In this document: in pieces, positions 47,007 through 52,053 of the stretch | Numbering within the stretch: position 1 is the stretch's first letter | Layout: every line of letters starts with the position of its first letter | Source: an uncultured Clostridium sp. | GTDB lineage: Bacteria; Bacillota_I; Bacilli_A; Acholeplasmatales; Anaeroplasmataceae | NCBI GenBank assembly: GCA_946538835.1 | Contig: CAMNGZ010000001.1 | Span: 1 to 52,053 of the forward strand | DNA: 52,053 nt | Reading direction: 5' to 3' | Notes under the pieces: generated by a model | The model's input: only the letters and a program-made list of their open reading frames with translations | Database searches by the model: none | What the model was told of the DNA's origin: nothing | Position numbers and translations under genes: made by a program

Positions 47007-47035
47007 ATTATATTTTAAAGCGCTTACATTGTCAA
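47007..47035 (-). promoter_or_regulatory. Perfect-consensus sigma-A promoter of the pectate lyase gene
   Basis: On the minus strand: TTGACA (47030-47035), a 17-nt spacer, then TATAAT (47007-47012). RBS AAGAGGAGAA follows. Confidence 0.65.
47015..47028. promoter_or_regulatory. cre-like box inside the pectate lyase promoter spacer
   Basis: The minus strand reads TGTAAGCGCTTTAA against cre consensus TGWAANCGNTNWCA, with one mismatch at position 13. Confidence 0.5.
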
Positions 47036-47111
47036 TGTTTTTCCAAAAATAAATATACATTTTTTATAATATCGGATATTTACCAAAGAAACATCCAAAT
47101 TTTCAAATTGT

Positions 47112-47143
47112 AAAAAAAAAATTGAGATAGAAAACTATCTCAA
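47112..47143 (-). terminator. Rho-independent terminator of the glycyl-radical operon
   Basis: Stem ttgagatag (47122-47130) pairs with ctatctcaa (47135-47143). About T10 on the minus strand. The stop codon lies in the stem. Confidence 0.7.
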
Positions 47144-47974
47144 TTCGATATTATTAAATCCTAAACCTAGGGCATATTCTTTTAGTTGATTCATTTCAAG
47201 TGCACTAGGAGATTCATGATTAGCTAAAACGCCTCTTACGCCATTTTTTCTAAAAGTTATCAGTTTTATTTTAACATTTTTAATCATATCTCCAATTATT
47301 TCTTTTATACCATTTAAGCAATTCTTAGCGTCAACATAATCAGCAACATAAACAATTCTTAGCTCAGATATTTTGTTAAGCTTAGCTAAATAATTCAAAT
47401 TCTTTTTCACAATGTCATTTGAAAAACCAGTTAAGCGCTCGTAAACGTCATTATTCCAAGATTTAATATCAAGCATAACACCATCAACTAATGAAATTAA
47501 ATTAGGATATTTTGAGTAATCTATCATACCATTAGAATCCATCAAGCATGATAAATTATATTCTTTAGCAAGTTTAAATAATTCTTCTAAAAATTCAGGA
47601 TATAAAGAACATTCACCGCCAGATACTGTAATGCCTCTTATAAACGGAATATTCTTTTTGATAACGTCAAAACATTCTTTAGCACTCATATAAGTCACTT
47701 TAGGACTGGCATGATTATCACATATTTTAATACAAGTATCACAATTAATGCACTTATCTTTATCCCAAACAACCTTAGAATTTATTATAGTTAAAGCTTT
47801 TGCCTTACAAGTTTTAACACATTTGCCGCAATTGATACAAATGTTTTGAGTTTCAGGATTATGGCAATATAAACAATGTATATTACATTTTTGAACAAAT
47901 ACACTAGTACGTAATCCTGGTCCATCAACAGTTGAAAACTCGATAATTTTGTTAATAGGAGCTAGCATTAACAC
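47135..47974 (-). CDS. yjjW: Glycyl-radical enzyme activating protein (radical SAM), YjjW-like
   Basis: CNIHCLYCHNPE (CxxxCxxC) plus two ferredoxin-like clusters, CINCGKCVKTC and CINCDTCIKIC. GGECSL SAM motif. Overlaps the upstream GRE gene by 7 nt. Confidence 0.85.
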   Translation of the reverse strand: MLMLAPINKIIEFSTVDGPGLRTSVFVQKCNIHCLYCHNPETQNICINCGKCVKTCKAKALTIINSKVVWDKDKCINCDTCIKICDNHASPKVTYMSAKECFDVIKKNIPFIRGITVSGGECSLYPEFLEELFKLAKEYNLSCLMDSNGMIDYSKYPNLISLVDGVMLDIKSWNNDVYERLTGFSNDIVKKNLNYLAKLNKISELRIVYVADYVDAKNCLNGIKEIIGDMIKNVKIKLITFRKNGVRGVLANHESPSALEMNQLKEYALGLGFNNIELR

Positions 47975-49509
47975 ATTCTCACTTTTCTATTTTGTAATTT
48001 ATTAGTCTTGTAATTCTCAGCACCAAGAGCTGTTGTTTGTTTAATAACAGCTTCATCGTTAAAATACTTAGCCATTTCACTTCTCTTAACTAAATAACCT
48101 GTAATACGCACTAAATCTGTATCAGCACTATAGAATGACATATAGTGAACTCCAGCTTCAAATGCCCCTTTTACAAGGTCACACATGGCATCTAAATTAT
48201 TATTTACATTGCTAGCAATTGGGAAAATATCACCAACACCAGCAGGAAAATATTTATGGAATTTAGAACTATGAATCAAATGTTGTCTAAATGATTCAGG
48301 CTCATCACCAACAGGAATACGAACACCTGAAGTGATTCCTTTATCACTATCTAATCCAACTTGTGCATGAAGCATAAAATGATTATTTGTTAAAGGAGTA
48401 TACAAAGCGCTAAATGAATCTACTACTTCTTTAATCTTATCCATAATTCTGATACCAAGCTTATCTGCATCATCATCACGTCCATATTTTAAATTCTTAT
48501 CTTTCAATAAAGAATTAACGCATTCTGCAAGTCCTGTAACACCAAACATTGGCACAAAACGATTTTTATCAATTAAACCCTCATCAACCAAGAAACTTGA
48601 TTCAAAATATCCTGATTCTTCTACTAAGAATTTGATACGAGCATTTTCATAATCAGCAATACAATTTAAAGCTTCGGGTAAAATTTTATTTATGAATTCT
48701 TCAATATCATTAGTTTCATCAGCTAAGCGTGTTAGAGTCAAACGAGTTAATGTATAAGCACCACCTCTTATTGGCAAAATATTATAACAAGATGATATAC
48801 CATAATTTGAATCATAATATGTTGAATTAACATCATCATTACAAATAGCTGGATTTGAACACTTAAGACTAGTTTTTATTGCTAATTTTAAGAATTCATC
48901 ACTTGTCTCTTTAGAATTATATTTAATTGTTAAATTAGGTACAGTATTTTCAAGAGTTGATTCAACCTCAAGTAATAATCTACCACATCTAGTTTCTTTA
49001 GGTCCAATATTTGCATGACAAAAAGAGTCATCAATTGTACGATCTAAGAAATTCAAGAAAAGTCTTAGTTTTTCTTTTACTTCATCATCAGATAAATCTT
49101 TAATGAATGGGTCTAGCAAGTAATCAAGATTACCAAGATAAACAGGAAAATTAGTAATACTTGGAATGTGATGATATAAAGTCATAAGTGAAAAAATTGC
49201 TTCATCTAAATTTTTTGGAGGATTTAATCTTAAAAATTTAGATCCTTGTTTCATGAAAAGATCAAAATCAACCATCACATATCTTGGTCTATAAGGAGCA
49301 TGACCTTCAAATAAATCATTAATCGCTCCTGTTGAAAAATAATGAAGTGCTTTATCTGAAATAGGTAAAACATTTAGCATATTTTCAGCACAATGTGCCA
49401 AATCAAGAACCTTTTGTTCATATGTTCTCTTTTTACTAGTTAATGTTTCATAAATAACATCTGTATTCATTTTATTATGTTCTAAAAATGTTTCTTTTGC
49501 GTCTGACAT
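47968..49509 (-). CDS. yjjI: YjjI-like glycyl radical enzyme (function unknown)
   Basis: 513 aa, close to the ~516 aa of E. coli YjjI. C-terminal TDLVRITGYLV fits the glycyl-radical fingerprint R-[IV]-x-G-[FWY]. Tightly coupled to a YjjW-like activase. Confidence 0.7.
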   Translation of the reverse strand: MSDAKETFLEHNKMNTDVIYETLTSKKRTYEQKVLDLAHCAENMLNVLPISDKALHYFSTGAINDLFEGHAPYRPRYVMVDFDLFMKQGSKFLRLNPPKNLDEAIFSLMTLYHHIPSITNFPVYLGNLDYLLDPFIKDLSDDEVKEKLRLFLNFLDRTIDDSFCHANIGPKETRCGRLLLEVESTLENTVPNLTIKYNSKETSDEFLKLAIKTSLKCSNPAICNDDVNSTYYDSNYGISSCYNILPIRGGAYTLTRLTLTRLADETNDIEEFINKILPEALNCIADYENARIKFLVEESGYFESSFLVDEGLIDKNRFVPMFGVTGLAECVNSLLKDKNLKYGRDDDADKLGIRIMDKIKEVVDSFSALYTPLTNNHFMLHAQVGLDSDKGITSGVRIPVGDEPESFRQHLIHSSKFHKYFPAGVGDIFPIASNVNNNLDAMCDLVKGAFEAGVHYMSFYSADTDLVRITGYLVKRSEMAKYFNDEAVIKQTTALGAENYKTNKLQNRKVRMC

Positions 49510-49557
49510 ATATATTCCTCCTTACATCCTGTAAGACTATAGTATACAAAATATTTT

Positions 49558-50469
49558 TTATTTTATCAAGTTTTCTTTAAAGTAAGCGGTTATATTATCA
49601 ATCACTTTCTCACCTAATCTTTTGTAAGCTTCAAAAGTTGAACCACCACTTGATCTTGAAATAGTAAATGTATTATCTAAATCCCAAAGTTTAATATCTC
49701 CAATTGTTTCTAATGTATCTCCAAAGAAATAATGATTTTTATCCTTTAACCAGTTTCTTAAGTGTTCAACCTCAAAACCAGGTCCTATACTTGTATTAAA
49801 AAGAATCTTTTTTCCTTTCATTAATTTAAATTCATGTTCTCCTAACAGCAATACATTTTTATTTAGTGCTAAGAATATAGCATCACTATCCTTCAAGCAT
49901 TCATCTAATGGTCTATAAATAAAGCCATATTCTTTTTCTAAATTTTCTTTTCTAGTTCTTGAATAATATGAAACTTCAGCACCAAAAAACTTTAATGTTC
50001 TTGCAATCAAAGTTCCACTTGTACCAAGTCCAATGACAGCACATTTTAAACTAGAAATTTCTTGGGGATATTCAGACCATTTAAAAGAGCCATCATAGTT
50101 TTCTAAAAAACCAGTCAATTCATGAATAACATATTCAGCAACTCCATTATCGCCGTAGTCTCTTATACCTTTTACAACAATATTTTTCTTCTCTGCATAC
50201 TCTATATCTACATTTGCACTCTCTTTAGAATATAGAGAACAACACATTCCAATATATTTTAAATTCTTACAATTATCTATTACATAAGAATCAATTTTTG
50301 AAGTGTAACTTAATAGTGCTGCATCAGCATCATTAATTCTTTTGATAATCTCATCATCATTTTGTGGTAAATCTTTATAATAAACCACTTTTTTAGCTAA
50401 AGTACTTAATTTTATAACATCATCATCGAGCATATTAATTTTTTCAATTATTACTAATTTATTAAACAT
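49558..50469 (-). CDS. D-isomer-specific 2-hydroxyacid dehydrogenase-like NAD-binding protein
   Basis: Rossmann motif VIGLGTSGTLIARTLKFFGAEVSYYSR. Two-domain layout of about 304 aa. Start moved to M20 behind AGGGTGA. Confidence 0.65.
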   Translation of the reverse strand: MFNKLVIIEKINMLDDDVIKLSTLAKKVVYYKDLPQNDDEIIKRINDADAALLSYTSKIDSYVIDNCKNLKYIGMCCSLYSKESANVDIEYAEKKNIVVKGIRDYGDNGVAEYVIHELTGFLENYDGSFKWSEYPQEISSLKCAVIGLGTSGTLIARTLKFFGAEVSYYSRTRKENLEKEYGFIYRPLDECLKDSDAIFLALNKNVLLLGEHEFKLMKGKKILFNTSIGPGFEVEHLRNWLKDKNHYFFGDTLETIGDIKLWDLDNTFTISRSSGGSTFEAYKRLGEKVIDNITAYFKENLIK

Positions 50470-50526
50470 AATTATCACCCTAATTAATAATATATAAGAA
50501 AATTCGAAATTTGTAAAAAATAACAC

Positions 50527-50555
50527 TTACATCAAAAATTTTTTTATGATATAAT
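50527..50555 (+). promoter_or_regulatory. Sigma-A type promoter (extended -10) of the MATE transporter gene
   Basis: TTACAT (50527-50532), a 17-nt spacer ending in TGA, then TATAAT (50550-50555). Confidence 0.5.
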
Positions 50556-50639
50556 CCGGCAAGTTTAATAAAGTGATCTAATAAGAATTTATTCTTAAGC
50601 CCCTGCTTTATAACTAAATTATTATCAAAGGAGGATAAC

Positions 50640-52028
50640 ATGGATAATAATTACTTAATTAAAGAAAAAGAAGGAAAGTTATTACTAAAATTTTCAATTC
50701 CTTGTATTCTAAGCTTATTAATTGCTGCTTTATACAATATTGTTGACCAAATCTTTATTGGAAATGCAAAAAATGTTGGTGCAATCGGTAATACTGCAAC
50801 AACTATCGTATATCCTTTAACAGTTATTTGTTTAGCATTTGGATTAATGTTTGGAGACGGAGCTGCAAGTTTAATGAGCCTTGAAAGTGGTAAGGGAGAA
50901 GGAGCTAAAAATCATAAAATCGTAGGTAATTCGATTCTTTGTGGTATTATAGTGTCTATTGTATTATTATTAATTTGCTTCCCACTTTTAACACCAATTT
51001 TAAAATTCTTTGGTGCAAGAGATCAAGAATCATTAGATTTCAGTTTACAATATGGTCAAATCATCTTGATTGGTGTTCCTTTTGCAATAATCATGACTTT
51101 AATCAACTCAATCATCAGAGCTGATGGTTCTCCACAAATTGCTATGATTTCTATGGTATTAGGTGCCATTATTAACATTGTATTAGATGGTCTATTAATT
51201 AATAACGCAAATTTAGGAATCCGTGGTGCAGCCCTTGCAACTATCATTGGACAATTTGCATCATTTATTGTATCAATAATCTACTTAATCAGACCCAAAA
51301 CATTCAAATTGAAACTAAAATCATTTAAACCACATTTTGAAATAATTACAAAGTTCTCTAAGCTTGGATTCTCTAGTTTACTAACTCAACTTGCAATTGT
51401 AGTACTAACAATTGTAGCCATGAACGCAATCGGTCAATATGGTGCTTCTTCTAAATATGGTGTATCTGAGCCTCAAGCTATCTTTGGTATAGTCACAAAA
51501 TTATTTGCAATTATAATCAATATTTCAGTTGGTATTGCAGCTGGTTCACAACCACTTGTTGGATATAATTTTGGTGCAGGTGAATATAAGAGAGTTAAAA
51601 AATTCTTAACATTAATTGTTGTATCAAATATTATTATTGGTCTATTATCAACATTATTACTACAATTATTCCCAAGTCAAATAATTTCAATCTTTGGTAC
51701 AAACACTAAGAACCCTGATTTATATCTAGAATTTGGTGTAAAAGCTATCAGAATTTATTTAATGCTAATCACATTAACATTATTAGGAAAAGTTACAGCT
51801 ATCTACTTACAAGCATCTAATTCACCTTTAAAAGCTGCATTCTTATCACTTTTAAGAGATATTATTACAGTTGTACCTGCTATGTTTATTTTACCAATTT
51901 TTTTAGGACTTGATGGAGTTTTATGGGCAGCTCCTGTTGCTGACATAATTACAGCTATTGTAACAATCACTTTTATCATTCTTGAATATAAGAAATTAAA
52001 CAAACTAATTAAAGAAAAAAACTTATAA
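50640..52028 (+). CDS. MATE family efflux transporter
   Basis: 462 aa, 12 TM. LLKFSIPCILSLLIAALYNIVDQIFIG is a typical MatE start. RBS AAGGAGGA. Confidence 0.88.
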   Translation: MDNNYLIKEKEGKLLLKFSIPCILSLLIAALYNIVDQIFIGNAKNVGAIGNTATTIVYPLTVICLAFGLMFGDGAASLMSLESGKGEGAKNHKIVGNSILCGIIVSIVLLLICFPLLTPILKFFGARDQESLDFSLQYGQIILIGVPFAIIMTLINSIIRADGSPQIAMISMVLGAIINIVLDGLLINNANLGIRGAALATIIGQFASFIVSIIYLIRPKTFKLKLKSFKPHFEIITKFSKLGFSSLLTQLAIVVLTIVAMNAIGQYGASSKYGVSEPQAIFGIVTKLFAIIINISVGIAAGSQPLVGYNFGAGEYKRVKKFLTLIVVSNIIIGLLSTLLLQLFPSQIISIFGTNTKNPDLYLEFGVKAIRIYLMLITLTLLGKVTAIYLQASNSPLKAAFLSLLRDIITVVPAMFILPIFLGLDGVLWAAPVADIITAIVTITFIILEYKKLNKLIKEKNL

Positions 52029-52053
52029 AAAAATGGATTCTATTAATTTAGAA

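Noticed and set aside
1-52053. Mycoplasma-type genetic code (TGA read as Trp), suggested by the AT-richness and the absence of TGA stops.
   Set aside because: All genes are full-length under the standard code with no internal TGA. Trp residues are encoded by TGG. TGA is simply unused in this window, not reassigned.
1-52053. CRISPR arrays, tRNA or rRNA genes, integrases, transposases, prophage modules or flanking direct repeats of a mobile island.
   Set aside because: I found no regularly spaced repeats, no GC-rich structured RNA-like segments, and no recombinase or phage-like ORFs in the track. Intergenic regions are short and are explained by promoters and terminators.

Overview
This is an AT-rich chromosomal segment (roughly 70% A+T by eye) from a low-GC Gram-positive-type bacterium. 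By inference it is Bacillota, possibly Erysipelotrichia or a Mollicutes-related lineage that uses the standard genetic code. I call 49 protein-coding units. About 42 are on the minus strand, and most have AGGAGG-like ribosome-binding sites and hairpin plus T-run terminators. I saw no rRNA, tRNA, CRISPR array, integrase, transposase or phage module. The content is housekeeping and accessory metabolism.

Main contents:
- Transport and stress genes: an ABC-F ATPase, a heterodimeric ABC exporter pair (one gene broken by an in-frame TAA), two MATE pumps, and CDF, MscL and AEC transporters.
- An alpha-galactoside operon: GPH symporter, GH36 alpha-galactosidase, an odd GT28-like GT-B protein, and galactokinase. 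It sits behind a consensus promoter with a perfect cre box.
- A lipoprotein PL1 pectate lyase whose consensus promoter carries a cre-like box in its spacer.
- An orphan YjjI/YjjW-type glycyl-radical enzyme pair preceded by a 2-hydroxyacid-dehydrogenase-like gene.
- An AGDEF diguanylate cyclase, a CobW GTPase, the PepO metallopeptidase and assorted small enzymes.
- Several uncharacterised proteins: a 4-TM protein with a histone-like tail, a Sel1-repeat protein, an HTH-tethered polytopic membrane protein and a tocopherol-cyclase-like protein.

No clear known defence or mobile system is visible. The best candidates for undescribed biology are the glycyl-radical operon, the GT28-like gene inside the galactoside operon, and the stand-alone 4-TM/lysine-tail gene. 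All functional calls come from motifs read in the translated ORFs; no database search was possible.
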